This document shows positions 50,328-60,885 of a DNA stretch of 64,000 nucleotides, piece by piece. Made by a program: the position numbers and the translations under genes. Location of the stretch: positions 76 to 64,075 of the forward strand of contig JBPOJC010000005.1 of assembly GCA_052034135.1 (NCBI GenBank), given 5' to 3'. The DNA is from Caldisericota bacterium. GTDB taxonomy: Bacteria > Caldisericota > Caldisericia > UBA6126 > JAGPKI01. Position 1 is the first letter of the stretch, and the number at the start of each line of letters is the position of its first letter. The notes under the pieces were generated by a model, which saw nothing but the letters and a program-made list of their open reading frames with translations, was not told where the DNA came from and ran no database searches.

Positions 50328-52832
50328 GTGAATTGGGATAATTTAACAGAGAGAGCTCAAAGGGCGATAATGTTATCGCAAGAAGAGGCTCAAAGACTTG
50401 GCAATGACTATTTGGGTACTGAGCACATTCTTTTAGGCCTTATAAGAGAAGGTCAAGGTGTTGCTTACAGAGCACTTTCCCTTTTAGGCGTGAACTTTCA
50501 ATACATTTATCAAAGGATTGAAAGCATTGTTAAAGAGAACAAGCGAATGAGATTTTACGATTTTTCATCTACAGAAGTAACTCTCACCCCCAGGGCGAAA
50601 AGAGTTTTTGAAATTGCTTCACTGGAAGCTCAGGAATTAGGACATAATTATATTGGAACTGAACATATACTTTTAGGATTAATCAGGGAGGGCGAAGGTA
50701 TAGCAGCCAAAGTCCTTGAAGAATCAGGAGTTGATCTTGCAAAAGTTAGAGAAGTTGTTTTAGCATTAATTGGTGAAAAGGAAAGTTTTGAACCAAGGAA
50801 GGGAGTAAAAGGAGGAGAAAAAAATACTCCTAAAGTTAAAACTTCTACTCTTGACCAATTTAGTAGGGATTTAACACAACTTGCCAAACAAGAAAAATTA
50901 GATCCTGTAATAGGCAGAGAGAAAGAAATTCAACGTTTAATCCAGATTTTAACAAGACGAACAAAAAATAATCCAGTTTTGATAGGAGATCCTGGAGTTG
51001 GTAAAACAGTAATTGTAGAAGGTTTAGCCCAAAAAATAGTTAATAATGAAATTCCAGATATTTTAAAAGGTAAAAGAGTAATCTCTCTTGACCTCTCAGG
51101 TATTGTAGCTGGAACTAAGTATAGAGGCGAATTCGAAGAGAGAATGAAAAAGATTATGGACGAAATAAAAAAAGCAAGCGGAGAAATAATACTATTTATA
51201 GATGAACTTCATACTGTAATTGGAGCAGGTGCAGCAGAGGGTTCAATTGATGCCTCAAATATTTTGAAGCCAGCTCTCGCTCGAGGTGAGCTTCGTTGTA
51301 TTGGCGCAACTACTATTGATGAGTATAGAAAACATATTGAAAGAGACCCTGCTCTTGAGAGAAGATTTCAGGCAATATATGTGTCCGAGCCAACTGTTTC
51401 AGAAACAATTGATATTCTTAAAGGTTTAAAGGATAAGTACGAAGCACACCATAAAGTAAAGATTTCTGAAGAAGCTATAAGTTCTGCTGCTAAGCTATCT
51501 GCTCGCTACATTACTCAAAGATTTCTTCCAGATAAAGCAATAGACCTAATTGATGAAGCATGTTCAAGTGTTAGACTTAAAGCTTCTATTCCTCCTGCCT
51601 CACTTAAAGAGCTCGAGGAAAAGGCAAAACAGATGAGCATAGAGAAGGAGTCTGCTATAAGAGGGCAAGAATTTGAAAAAGCTGCTCACTTTAGGGATGA
51701 GGAAAAAAAGATGAAAACTGAATATGAAAGATTAAAAGCTAAATGGGAAGAAGAAAGTACATTTAATGAACCAATAGTGACAGACGATGATGTAGCAGAT
51801 GTTGTCTCTCAGTGGACAAATATTCCTGTAGGGAAACTACTCAAAGAAGAGAAAGAAAAACTCCTACGCATGGAAGAAAGTTTAGCACAAAAGATTATAG
51901 GACAGGATGAAGTTATAAATATTGTTTCAAATGTGATAAGAAGAGCAAAAACTGGTTTAAAAGATTCCAGAAAGCCTGTTGGTGCTTTTCTATTCCTTGG
52001 TCCAACAGGTGTAGGAAAAACAGAATTTGCACGAGTTTTAGCTGAATATCTTTTTGGGACACCCGATGCGTTGATCAGGTTCGATATGAGTGAGTATATG
52101 GAAAAATTTTCAGTCTCTCGTCTCATAGGTGCTCCTCCAGGTTATGTAGGGTATGATGAAGGCGGGCAGCTAACTGAATCTGTAAGAAGGCAACCTTATT
52201 CTGTAGTTTTATTTGATGAAATTGAAAAAGCTCACCCAGACATTTACAACATTTTGCTTCAAATTTTTGATAACGGTAAACTTACTGATTCACAAGGAAG
52301 GGTTGTAAATTTCTCTAATACTATAATAATACTCACATCAAATTTATGGGGTGGACAAAAGAGTAGCAAGGCACTTGGCTTTACAACTGATAAAAATTCA
52401 AGCGAAGAAGATAAAGTTTTAAAGAAAGAAAATTTAATGAATGAGCTTAAAAAATATTTTAAACCTGAATTTCTGAACAGGTTGGATGATGAAATAGTTT
52501 TCAATTCATTAACACAGGATGACATTTTGAAAATGGTAGATTTGTTATTTAAGAAAATTCAAGGAGAATTAAGCGATAACAATATAAAACTTACTCTTTC
52601 GAATGAAGCAAAGAAACAACTTGCAATTTTAGGATTTGATGAGAAATTCGGAGCAAGACCACTTTGGAGAGTAATGGAGAAAAATATTTCCAATGCCATA
52701 TCTGAAAAGATACTCCAGGACGAAATAAAAGACGAAGACTCCATTTATATAGATTATGAAGATGGTAATTTTAAATTTGTAAAAGTTAAGTCTAATGATT
52801 TAGAAGAAGCTCCTGCTCAATTATCTTCTTAG
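50328..52832 (+). CDS. clpC: ATP-dependent Clp protease ATP-binding subunit ClpC
   Basis: A double Clp-N repeat, two AAA+ modules ([16 protein letters not shown]) and a UVR-like motif between them are present. The length is 834 aa. Confidence 0.85.
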   Translation: MNWDNLTERAQRAIMLSQEEAQRLGNDYLGTEHILLGLIREGQGVAYRALSLLGVNFQYIYQRIESIVKENKRMRFYDFSSTEVTLTPRAKRVFEIASLEAQELGHNYIGTEHILLGLIREGEGIAAKVLEESGVDLAKVREVVLALIGEKESFEPRKGVKGGEKNTPKVKTSTLDQFSRDLTQLAKQEKLDPVIGREKEIQRLIQILTRRTKNNPVLIGDPGVGKTVIVEGLAQKIVNNEIPDILKGKRVISLDLSGIVAGTKYRGEFEERMKKIMDEIKKASGEIILFIDELHTVIGAGAAEGSIDASNILKPALARGELRCIGATTIDEYRKHIERDPALERRFQAIYVSEPTVSETIDILKGLKDKYEAHHKVKISEEAISSAAKLSARYITQRFLPDKAIDLIDEACSSVRLKASIPPASLKELEEKAKQMSIEKESAIRGQEFEKAAHFRDEEKKMKTEYERLKAKWEEESTFNEPIVTDDDVADVVSQWTNIPVGKLLKEEKEKLLRMEESLAQKIIGQDEVINIVSNVIRRAKTGLKDSRKPVGAFLFLGPTGVGKTEFARVLAEYLFGTPDALIRFDMSEYMEKFSVSRLIGAPPGYVGYDEGGQLTESVRRQPYSVVLFDEIEKAHPDIYNILLQIFDNGKLTDSQGRVVNFSNTIIILTSNLWGGQKSSKALGFTTDKNSSEEDKVLKKENLMNELKKYFKPEFLNRLDDEIVFNSLTQDDILKMVDLLFKKIQGELSDNNIKLTLSNEAKKQLAILGFDEKFGARPLWRVMEKNISNAISEKILQDEIKDEDSIYIDYEDGNFKFVKVKSNDLEEAPAQLSS

Positions 52833-53183
52833 TTCTTCCTCAGTAAAACCAAAATGGTGCGCTATCTCGTGATAAAGGACTTCTTTGATTAATTTGCTTA
52901 TTTCAATATTTCTAATTGCTGCAACTTTTTTAATGTTTTCAGAAAATAGTGTAATCTTGTCAGGGAGTGTAAAGGAATAACCTAAAGAGCCTTTTAAGGG
53001 GTTAGGGATTCCCTCATAAAGCCCTAAAAGGAGACTATCCTTGGAGGAAAACTCTTTTTGGGGATAATCTTTAATAAAAATTGCTACATTTTTAAGTTTT
53101 TCTTTAAACTCATTTGGAAGAGAATTGACAGCATCCTCAACATAATCGCGAAAAGTTTTTTCTTTTTCTTCTTCTTCAGACAT
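52821..53183 (-). CDS. Small HExxH zinc-metallopeptidase-like protein
   Basis: A C-terminal 'YHEIAHHFG' motif is present in a 120-aa protein. Confidence 0.5.
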   Translation of the reverse strand: MSEEEEKEKTFRDYVEDAVNSLPNEFKEKLKNVAIFIKDYPQKEFSSKDSLLLGLYEGIPNPLKGSLGYSFTLPDKITLFSENIKKVAAIRNIEISKLIKEVLYHEIAHHFGFTEEELRR

Positions 53184-53238
53184 TTACTAAAATTATAGTT
53201 AGTTTAGTATTTTTATGTAATATAAAGAAGTAAAAAGA

Positions 53239-53440
53239 GGAGACCCTTCGTCGCTTTCAGATACGCTCCTCAGGGTGACTGGTGGCTTGAGATCCTTCGG
53301 TCGTTGAGAAGACACTCCCTCAGGAAGACGGGAGGGAGTGTGAGATCCCTTCGTCGCTTTCAGATATGCTCCTCAGGGTGACGAGGGTGGTGAGCGGAGA
53401 CCCTTACGAAGTAAAATACGTTCCTTCAGGGTAACGGAGG
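53239..53440. repeat. Cluster of three copies or relatives of the 40-bp GC-rich repeat, with interleaved related units
   Basis: Copies lie at 53239-53283 and 53342-53390, both close to 7206-7248. The 53391-53440 unit resembles 7508-7555. The 53284-53341 unit resembles 6762-6800. Confidence 0.8.
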
Positions 53441-53523
53441 TATTCCAATCTCAAAAGAATCTAATAAAATGAAAATGTTAGTAGATCAAATTTATTAAAT
53501 AAAACAACATAACGGAGGGTCAA

Positions 53524-53958
53524 ATGCTAAAAGAATTCAAAGAGTTTATAATGCGAGGAAATGTTCTTGATATGGCAATTGGAATTATAATTGGTGCAGC
53601 TTTTGGAAAAATTGTAACTTCTCTCGTCAATGATATCTTGATGCCGCCGATTGGATTATTGCTTGGTAGAGTAGATTTTTCAAACTTGTTCATAAATCTA
53701 TCAGGACATCCCTATAAAACACTTGCAGAAGCAAAAGCAGCAGGTGCAGCAACTATAAACTACGGCGTATTTCTCAATAATGTAATTGACTTTATAATAG
53801 TATCTTTCGCTATCTTCTTGCTCGTTCGCCAAATAAATAGATTGAAACGTCAGGAAGAAAAGCAAGTAACAACTAAAGAGTGTCCATATTGTCATTCTAA
53901 TATTCCAATCAAAGCAATTCGTTGTCCCTACTGTACTTCAGAACTAACAGCACCATAA
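53524..53958 (+). CDS. mscL: Large-conductance mechanosensitive channel MscL with a C-terminal zinc-ribbon extension
   Basis: The N-terminus is MscL-like ('[27 protein letters not shown]'). The C-terminus carries 'CPYC-x12-CPYC'. Confidence 0.8.
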   Translation: MLKEFKEFIMRGNVLDMAIGIIIGAAFGKIVTSLVNDILMPPIGLLLGRVDFSNLFINLSGHPYKTLAEAKAAGAATINYGVFLNNVIDFIIVSFAIFLLVRQINRLKRQEEKQVTTKECPYCHSNIPIKAIRCPYCTSELTAP

Positions 53959-54102
53959 AATGATAAAAATTTACTAAAAAGTTTTAAATAAAATAATAAA
54001 TAATAGGTTTTTGAATTCTTTTATCAAAAATGGTAATATTTCAAAAATGGTAATATTTATTTATAAGGAATCATAAAACTTAAAAAGAGGAGGAAGAAAA
54101 TT

Positions 54103-54768
54103 ATGGAATCTACACAAGAGAAGAGAATGCCACTTTTAGGAGATACCTTTCCGGAAATGAGAGTGCAGACTACACACGGAATAATGGAGTTGCCTAAAGC
54201 TTTTGCGGGAAAATGGTTTGTTCTGTTTAGTCATCCCGCAGATTTCACGCCTGTTTGCACTACAGAATTTGTTGCTTTTCAAAATAGATACGATAAATTT
54301 AGAGCAATGAACTGTGAACTCATAGGATTAAGCGTTGATCAAGTTTTTGCTCACATAAAGTGGGAGGAGTGGATAAAAGAGAATTTAAATGTTGAAATAC
54401 AATTTCCAATAATTGCTGATACGGGATCTGTTGCACAAACTCTCGGTTTAATTCATCCTGGTAAAGGAACAAATACAGTAAGAGCGGTTTTTGTTGTTGA
54501 TGATAATGCAAAAATAAGAGTTATACTTTACTATCCTCAGGAATTAGGCAGAAACATGGAAGAGATTTTAAGAATTGTTGAAGCAATACAGATTTCCGAT
54601 AAAAATAAGGTTTCTATGCCGGCTAATTGGCCAAACAATGAGCTCATAAAAGACCGTGTAATAATTCCAGCTCCTACTGATGTGAAAGGAGCTAATGAAA
54701 GAAAAGAAAAAGCAAAAATGGGTGAAATTGAGTGTTTTGATTGGTGGCTATGCCATAGAAAATTATAA
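54103..54768 (+). CDS. Peroxiredoxin (1-Cys/Prx6-like)
   Basis: The peroxidatic cysteine motif 'FTPVCTTE' is present in a 221-aa protein. Confidence 0.8.
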   Translation: MESTQEKRMPLLGDTFPEMRVQTTHGIMELPKAFAGKWFVLFSHPADFTPVCTTEFVAFQNRYDKFRAMNCELIGLSVDQVFAHIKWEEWIKENLNVEIQFPIIADTGSVAQTLGLIHPGKGTNTVRAVFVVDDNAKIRVILYYPQELGRNMEEILRIVEAIQISDKNKVSMPANWPNNELIKDRVIIPAPTDVKGANERKEKAKMGEIECFDWWLCHRKL

Positions 54769-54784
54769 AGAGTAGGAGAAAAAC

Positions 54785-55066
54785 ATGTTATCACAAATAC
54801 CTATTAACCTTGAAAAGGTAGGAAAAGATTTAGATAAGGAGATTTTAAGGGCAGGAATAATAGCTGAATTAGATGCCATAAACCTATATGAGCAAATGGC
54901 AGCTATGACCAAAAATGATCTTATTAGGAAAATGCTTTTGGATATAGCCAAAGAAGAAAAGACCCACATGGGCGAATTTCAAACACTACTATTAAAGGAA
55001 GACGAAGAGCAATTAAAGGAGTTAGAAGCAGGAAAAAAGGAAGTCATTGAATTGATGGAGGAATAA
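54785..55066 (+). CDS. Small ferritin-like / rubrerythrin-family protein
   Basis: Two Glu-containing helices are present ('ELDAINLYEQ', 'AKEEKTHMGEF'), typical of a half-ferritin fold. Confidence 0.5.
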   Translation: MLSQIPINLEKVGKDLDKEILRAGIIAELDAINLYEQMAAMTKNDLIRKMLLDIAKEEKTHMGEFQTLLLKEDEEQLKELEAGKKEVIELMEE

Positions 55067-55138
55067 CACTGGTGTAAAGATTCCACTTTTGAATTAATTT
55101 ATTAGCAAAACTTAAATCATAAGAGATTTAGGTGAAAT

Positions 55139-55888
55139 ATGGTTAAAAAACAAAAAAATTTGGATTTAATCAATATTCGTAAAAATTTAGTTATAGTTAC
55201 TATATTTGGTATAGCTATGGGTTTTCTTGAAACAGTGGTAGTTGTTTACCTTAGGCAGTTATATTATCCAGAAGGATTTATGTTTCCTCTAAAATTAATG
55301 TCCTTAGATGTTACTATTATTGAATATATAAGAGAAATCTCTACTTTAGTAATGCTTTGCTGCATAGGGGCAATTGCTGGAACGAATTTTCTTGAAAAAT
55401 TCTCTTATTTCCTTTACTGCTTTGGTATATGGGATATTTTCTATTATATATGGCTGAAAGTTTTAATTAATTGGCCATCATCTTTATTGACGTGGGATAT
55501 TTTATTTCTTATTCCTGTTGTATGGGTTGGTCCTGTTTTAGCACCTGTAATTTGTTCTATAACAATGATATTTTTAGCTGGATGTGTATTATATTTTAAA
55601 GGTAAAGGGCATTCCGTGAGTATGACTTTGCGCGAATGGTTATTAATGATAGTAGGTGCATTTATTATTTTCTGTACATTTATTTGGGATTATACTAAGT
55701 TAATAATCAAAGGAGGCTTTCTTTCAAACATATGGACAATAGGGACTAATGAGGATTTTCAGCAGCTAATTTCTCAATATGTTCCTACTCATTATAATTG
55801 GTATCTATTCATTATAGGAGAAATATTTATACTTTGTTCTATAGGGTTATTTTGTAGAAGATTTAAAAAATCAACCTCTAATAACTGA
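55139..55888 (+). CDS. Multi-pass membrane protein, hypothetical
   Basis: About 6 predicted transmembrane segments are present in a 249-aa protein. Confidence 0.45.
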   Translation: MVKKQKNLDLINIRKNLVIVTIFGIAMGFLETVVVVYLRQLYYPEGFMFPLKLMSLDVTIIEYIREISTLVMLCCIGAIAGTNFLEKFSYFLYCFGIWDIFYYIWLKVLINWPSSLLTWDILFLIPVVWVGPVLAPVICSITMIFLAGCVLYFKGKGHSVSMTLREWLLMIVGAFIIFCTFIWDYTKLIIKGGFLSNIWTIGTNEDFQQLISQYVPTHYNWYLFIIGEIFILCSIGLFCRRFKKSTSNN

Positions 55889-55957
55889 ATTGATTTTTAT
55901 TTGTGGAAAGTAGAAAATATAATTAATATGTTTTAGAATAAGAGGCGATAAATAAAG

Positions 55958-56506
55958 ATGGAAAAAAGAAAAGATAATTTAAAAGGCAAAATTATATTTG
56001 TATCTATTTTTTTGATTGTAATTTTTATTAGTTCTTGCAGTAAGCCTTCATCGAACAAAGTATTCTCTAATAAGTATTTTACTTTTGAATATCCAAAGGA
56101 TTGGTCTGTGAGCGCTAAAGAAAATAATGTTACAGTTACAGGACCTATTGAAGATGCTTATTTTGTCAATGTAAAATTTGATTTTAGTCCCGAAGTTAAT
56201 AGTAATCTCATTGAATTTAAAAAAACCGTTGAAACTCAAAATAGATTAGAGCTTCTTCCTGGTTTTGTAGATGGAGGAGAGAAAGAATTAACAATTTCAG
56301 GTATTCCTGCTATTAAGCATTCTTTGAAAACAGTCGTAAAGCCTACTGAATCTGCCCCATATATAACTCTCTTTGTTAATCTTATATATGTTGTATCTGA
56401 AGATCAAAAGGTTGGCGTTGTCATAACTACGGAGGTTCCTGAAAGATATAACCTTAAATATGAAGATATTCTTAATAATATAATTAATTCCTTTAAGTTT
56501 AGATAA
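55958..56506 (+). CDS. Lipoprotein, hypothetical
   Basis: A signal peptide with a lipobox-like 'ISSCS' is present. Confidence 0.45.
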   Translation: MEKRKDNLKGKIIFVSIFLIVIFISSCSKPSSNKVFSNKYFTFEYPKDWSVSAKENNVTVTGPIEDAYFVNVKFDFSPEVNSNLIEFKKTVETQNRLELLPGFVDGGEKELTISGIPAIKHSLKTVVKPTESAPYITLFVNLIYVVSEDQKVGVVITTEVPERYNLKYEDILNNIINSFKFR

Positions 56507-57741
56507 TGAAGAAATATGTATTAATTTTTTTACTCGTTTTATTTGTGTTAAACAGTTTTTCTGCATTTAATTTAGCTGCAGAAGATAGCTCCATACATAT
56601 TTCAATAAATGAAAGCCAATTCTTATATGTTGGAAATAACTATACAAAAAGGATTATTGCTTTGGAAAAGTATGGATATTGTATAAAAAATATTTCCACT
56701 GAAACTAAAATAAAGTATTTAGAAGATATATGCTCTTGTCCCTGCGGAGGCTATTTGTTAATTTCCGATCCATTAAATAATAAGGTGGTTTCTATTGATG
56801 ATATAGATGGTAAAACTAATTATACTATATCGGTTGAAAAGCCTGGAAGTTTAGCAATTTCTAAAAATAAAATAAGATATGAGGGAATTATCAGCGAAAA
56901 GAGAAATTCCATTCTATTATATACTGACAGTGGCAAAATTATTAGAGAGATACCTCAAAAAGGTAAATTCGATGAAGCCTCGGCAATTCTCATTGATAAA
57001 GATAACAATATTTGGGTATCTGATTCTAAAGACGGCAAGTTACTAAAGTTAGACTTAAAAGGTAATATTTTAAAGAACATAAAAAATGCTGATTTGTATG
57101 GGGCAACAGATATTGATTCAGATAAATTTGGTTACGTTTACACAATATCGAGAAATAAAGTTTTGCTTAAGTTTGGAAGTGATGGAAAATTTTTAGGGAA
57201 GTTTAATCTCAGTAATATTCTTACTTCTTCGCCTGTAAGTTTAGCGATCGATTCTGTTGATTCTTTTATTTGGATTGCTTGTAGCGATGATAATATCTTT
57301 AAGTTTGATTCAAACTTAAAACTAATTGATAAAATTACAGATATTACAAAGAAAGAAAAGAAAAAGGTTATATATCTAAAGATAGGCAGCAGAATACTCG
57401 ATTATGTTGGATTTAACCCCACTATTTTGGATGCACCACCTTTTATAGATAAGAGTTCAAATAGGACTCTTGTCCCGGTGAGAGCAATATCTGAAATTTA
57501 TGGTGCAGAAGTCGCATGGGCTGATAAGGAAAGAAAAGTAACTATAAAACTTGGTTCCAAAGTAATCAATCTTTTTATAGGTAAGAAAGAAGCCACCATT
57601 AACGGTAAGACTTTTATTTTGGATTGTCCACCAATGATTGTATCAGGCAGGACATTTGTTCCTTTAAGGTTTATTTCAGAGGCTTTAGGCGCAGAGGTTA
57701 AGTGGATTCCTTCGGAAGAAAGAATAGTTATAGCTCTGTAA
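56506..57741 (+). CDS. Secreted protein with beta-propeller-like (NHL-type) repeats and C-terminal tandem copper-amine-oxidase-N-terminal-like domains
   Basis: A signal peptide is present. Two C-terminal repeats fit the Cu-amine-oxidase N-domain pattern ('RTLVPVRAISEIYGAEVAW' and 'GRTFVPLRFISEALGAEVKW'). Confidence 0.5.
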   Translation: MKKYVLIFLLVLFVLNSFSAFNLAAEDSSIHISINESQFLYVGNNYTKRIIALEKYGYCIKNISTETKIKYLEDICSCPCGGYLLISDPLNNKVVSIDDIDGKTNYTISVEKPGSLAISKNKIRYEGIISEKRNSILLYTDSGKIIREIPQKGKFDEASAILIDKDNNIWVSDSKDGKLLKLDLKGNILKNIKNADLYGATDIDSDKFGYVYTISRNKVLLKFGSDGKFLGKFNLSNILTSSPVSLAIDSVDSFIWIACSDDNIFKFDSNLKLIDKITDITKKEKKKVIYLKIGSRILDYVGFNPTILDAPPFIDKSSNRTLVPVRAISEIYGAEVAWADKERKVTIKLGSKVINLFIGKKEATINGKTFILDCPPMIVSGRTFVPLRFISEALGAEVKWIPSEERIVIAL

Positions 57742-58354
57742 TTTTTATTGCCCCTGCTCTTAAGACATTTATACCTTCTTTTGTTACTGATATAACAGTA
57801 GAGCTCTCACGTTCAGGCAGGTTTCCATAGTCAATTGTTAACGAAACTCGTGGTTCTTGATTATTTAGAGTTTCTTCTATTTCAAAGCCATTTTTAAAGG
57901 GTGGACTACCACTAATATTTGCGCTTGTAGTCATTAGAGGTATTTTGCAATATGCAAGCAAATCAAGGATTAGAGGAAAATTTGGTATTCTAATTCCAAT
58001 TGTATCCGATTCTTCTACGGAACAAAAAAGAGAAAGGTTTTTCTTTTTCTCAAACACAGCAGTAAGTGGTCCTGGCCAGTATTTATGAAGGATTCTATTT
58101 TTTAGTAACTCTGGTTCTTCTATATATTCACTTGCTTCTTCGATTGAAGCGAGGAAAAGAATCAATGGTTTTTCTTTATCTCTTTTCTTTATTTCATAAA
58201 TTTTTTCAACAGAGTTTTTAGAAAGCCCATTTGCCCCAAGCCCATAAACAGTATCAGTAGGAAATGCTATAATTTCTGATGAGTTAAGCGCTGTTTTTAT
58301 AATTTCTTTCTCTAAGAGAGATAGTTTAGCCTTATCCCTTGCATTTATGACCAT
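57728..58354 (-). CDS. tsaC: L-threonylcarbamoyladenylate synthase (YrdC/TsaC family)
   Basis: 'IIAFPTDTVYGLGANG' and 'KRDKEKPLILFLAS' are present in a 208-aa protein. Confidence 0.8.
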   Translation of the reverse strand: MVINARDKAKLSLLEKEIIKTALNSSEIIAFPTDTVYGLGANGLSKNSVEKIYEIKKRDKEKPLILFLASIEEASEYIEEPELLKNRILHKYWPGPLTAVFEKKKNLSLFCSVEESDTIGIRIPNFPLILDLLAYCKIPLMTTSANISGSPPFKNGFEIEETLNNQEPRVSLTIDYGNLPERESSTVISVTKEGINVLRAGAIKITEL

Positions 58355-58908
58355 TATTTCTTTTTGAGGTTAAGCATTTTATTTTCTGTATGGTTTAAAA
58401 GTCTTTTTATGTTTGATGAGTGTCTTATAATTCCAAGAGCGCAAGCGATAAAACCAAAAAGAATATTCTGTGGTGATTGAGCAAATATTCCTATAAATAT
58501 AGGAACAGATATATAACCTGCAATAGAAGCTAATGAAACATACCCAGAGAAAACTAAAACAATTAACCAGACTGAAAAAACAAGTAAAGCAATTTTAAAA
58601 TTAAAAGCTGTTATTACACCTATTGTTGTTGCAACACCTTTGCCACCTTTAAATTTTAAGAAAGGTGAAAAATCATGCCCTAATATTGCAAAAGATGAAA
58701 GCAATAGTAGGTTAGTGTCGTTTATGTTAAATAACTTAAGTCCAATATAATAAGGAATAAAACCTTTAAAGAAATCAAGAATAAACGATATTATGCCTAC
58801 TACTGGCCCAGCTACCCTGAATACATTTGTTGCGCCAATATTTCCACTTCCGTGGGATCTTATATCTATTCCTTTATACAGTTTGGCTAAAATGTATCCA
58901 AACGGCAT
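58354..58908 (-). CDS. plsY: Glycerol-3-phosphate acyltransferase PlsY
   Basis: 'GSGNIGATNVFR' is present in a 5-TM membrane protein of 184 aa. Confidence 0.8.
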   Translation of the reverse strand: MPFGYILAKLYKGIDIRSHGSGNIGATNVFRVAGPVVGIISFILDFFKGFIPYYIGLKLFNINDTNLLLLSSFAILGHDFSPFLKFKGGKGVATTIGVITAFNFKIALLVFSVWLIVLVFSGYVSLASIAGYISVPIFIGIFAQSPQNILFGFIACALGIIRHSSNIKRLLNHTENKMLNLKKK

Positions 58909-58955
58909 TGAACCAATAAGAAAAGAAACGACACAAAAGAGAATTTCTTTATTAA

Positions 58956-59810
58956 TTATAGGAAATAGCCTCCAATCACTCTTGGAATGCCAGCTAAATC
59001 TTTTCTTACAAATATATTTCTTAAACCTTGAAGATAGAATAACTCTTTAACTTTGTTCTCCTGTAAGCCTCCATCTATTTCAATAAGAAGCAAGCCATTC
59101 TTCTTTAAAAATTTATTAGCAGAGGATAAAATTTTATTTATTAATTCTAAACCTTCTTTTCCTCCGTTAAGTGCGATTAACGGCTCTGCTTTAACTTCTT
59201 TTGAAAGTTTTTTAATTCTTTCTGAAGGTATGTAAGGAGGATTAGAAATTATTAAGTCATATTTTTTACCAGTTGGTATAGGAGAGAAAAGATCTCCAAT
59301 ATATAAAGTAATCTTATCGCTTAAAGAGTATTTTTCGATATTTACTTTAGCTATACAAATTGCTTCTTCAGAAATATCAGTTGCGTCAATTTTTACATTT
59401 GGACAATTTAAGCATAGCGCAATTGACACTGCTCCACACCCAACACCTATTTCTAATACATTATTCTCGGTTGAAATATTGTTTTTGAGGAATTTTAATC
59501 CCTCTTCAACTAATATTTCTGTTTCCTGTCTTGGAATAAGCGCTCCATTTGCTACACTTAATTGTATGCCATAAAACTCTCTTTTCCCTGTTATGTAGTA
59601 TAATGGTTCACCAGAAATTCTTTTTCTAAGTAATTCTTTGTATTTAATATATGAAGAAGTGTCTATGTTATCAAAAATATTCTTGTAAAGTTCGGTTTTA
59701 CTCTTTTTTAAAACATAAGAAAGAAGCACTTCAGCTTCAGTTCTATTGGAAGAAAATTTCTTTAAGTACTTACTTCCGAAAGCTAAAGCCTCGTTTACAG
59801 TTTTTGCCAT
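58956..59810 (-). CDS. prmC: Release factor glutamine N5-methyltransferase PrmC (HemK)
   Basis: The SAM motif 'VLEIGVGCGAVS' and the 'NPPY' motif are present. The gene lies next to prfA. Confidence 0.8.
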   Translation of the reverse strand: MAKTVNEALAFGSKYLKKFSSNRTEAEVLLSYVLKKSKTELYKNIFDNIDTSSYIKYKELLRKRISGEPLYYITGKREFYGIQLSVANGALIPRQETEILVEEGLKFLKNNISTENNVLEIGVGCGAVSIALCLNCPNVKIDATDISEEAICIAKVNIEKYSLSDKITLYIGDLFSPIPTGKKYDLIISNPPYIPSERIKKLSKEVKAEPLIALNGGKEGLELINKILSSANKFLKKNGLLLIEIDGGLQENKVKELFYLQGLRNIFVRKDLAGIPRVIGGYFL

Positions 59811-59811
59811 T

Positions 59812-60882
59812 TTAAATGACTAACTCCTTTTTTCGTTCTTCATCATATTTAACTCTTAAATTAGAAATTAGTTCATCTAATTCACCATTCATAATATCTG
59901 TTAAATTATAAAGAGTCAAGCCTATTCGATGATCTGTAACTCTATTTTGTGGAAAATTATAAGTTCTTATCTTTTCACTTCTTTCCCCCCAACCTATCTG
60001 GGATCTTCTCTTTTTTGCTTCTTCTTCATTACTTTTTTTAATTTCTATGTCGAGAAGTCTTGCCATCAAAACCTTTAGAGCTCTTTCTTTGTTTTGTAAT
60101 TGAGACCTTTCATCCTGACAGGAAACAGTTATGCCAGTAGGCATATGCGTTATTCTTACAGCTGTTTCATTCTTCTGAACGTTTTGACCACCATGACCAC
60201 CTGCTTTAAAAGTTTCTATTTTTAAATCCTCTTGCTTAATTTCTATTGAGGCTTCTTTAGCTTCAGGCATAACGGCAACTGTAACTGTTGAAGTATGAAT
60301 TCTACCACTTGATTCGGTTTCAGGAACTCTCTGAACTCTATGAACTCCACTCTCAAGCATTAAATATTTGTATACATTATTGCCTATAACTTCAAAAATA
60401 ATTTCTTTAAATCCACCAAGACCTGTAGGGTGAGAAGATATGATATCTATTTTCCAGCCTTTAGAAATAGCATAACCTGAATACATTCTAAACAACTCTG
60501 CTGCAAATAACGCTGCTTCTTCTCCTCCTGCGGCAGCTCTTATTTCCATTATAACATTGTTTTCCTCGAAAGGCTCTTCTGGAAGCGTCTTTTCCTCATA
60601 TTTTTTTAAAAGTTCTTCCTTCTTCTTTTGCAACAATGATAATTCACTTTCAATTTCTTCAACAAACTCTGGGTCATTTGATTCTTTTTTGAGAAGCATT
60701 AAATCTGTTTCTTCTTTTATTAATTTTTCATAATCTTGCACTATATCTATTAATTCTTTTAGTTTAGCTTCTTCCTTACTATATTTTATTAAAAGATCCT
60801 GATTTGATAATATTTCGTTGGAGGAGAGCTTCTCAAGTATTTCTTTATATTTATTTTTGAGTTCAATTGAATCTACGAGCAT
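59812..60882 (-). CDS. prfA: Peptide chain release factor 1
   Basis: The 'GGQ' motif is present ('AGGHGGQNVQK'), together with a PxT-type decoding region. The length is 356 aa. Confidence 0.85.
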   Translation of the reverse strand: MLVDSIELKNKYKEILEKLSSNEILSNQDLLIKYSKEEAKLKELIDIVQDYEKLIKEETDLMLLKKESNDPEFVEEIESELSLLQKKKEELLKKYEEKTLPEEPFEENNVIMEIRAAAGGEEAALFAAELFRMYSGYAISKGWKIDIISSHPTGLGGFKEIIFEVIGNNVYKYLMLESGVHRVQRVPETESSGRIHTSTVTVAVMPEAKEASIEIKQEDLKIETFKAGGHGGQNVQKNETAVRITHMPTGITVSCQDERSQLQNKERALKVLMARLLDIEIKKSNEEEAKKRRSQIGWGERSEKIRTYNFPQNRVTDHRIGLTLYNLTDIMNGELDELISNLRVKYDEERKKELVI

Positions 60883-60885
60883 ATT

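Noticed and set aside
53239-53440. Possible mini CRISPR array (two near-identical 40-mers about 60 bp apart)
   Set aside because: There are only two good copies. The supposed spacer is itself another member of the repeat family. No cas genes lie nearby. The same composite is found at 6714-6800.
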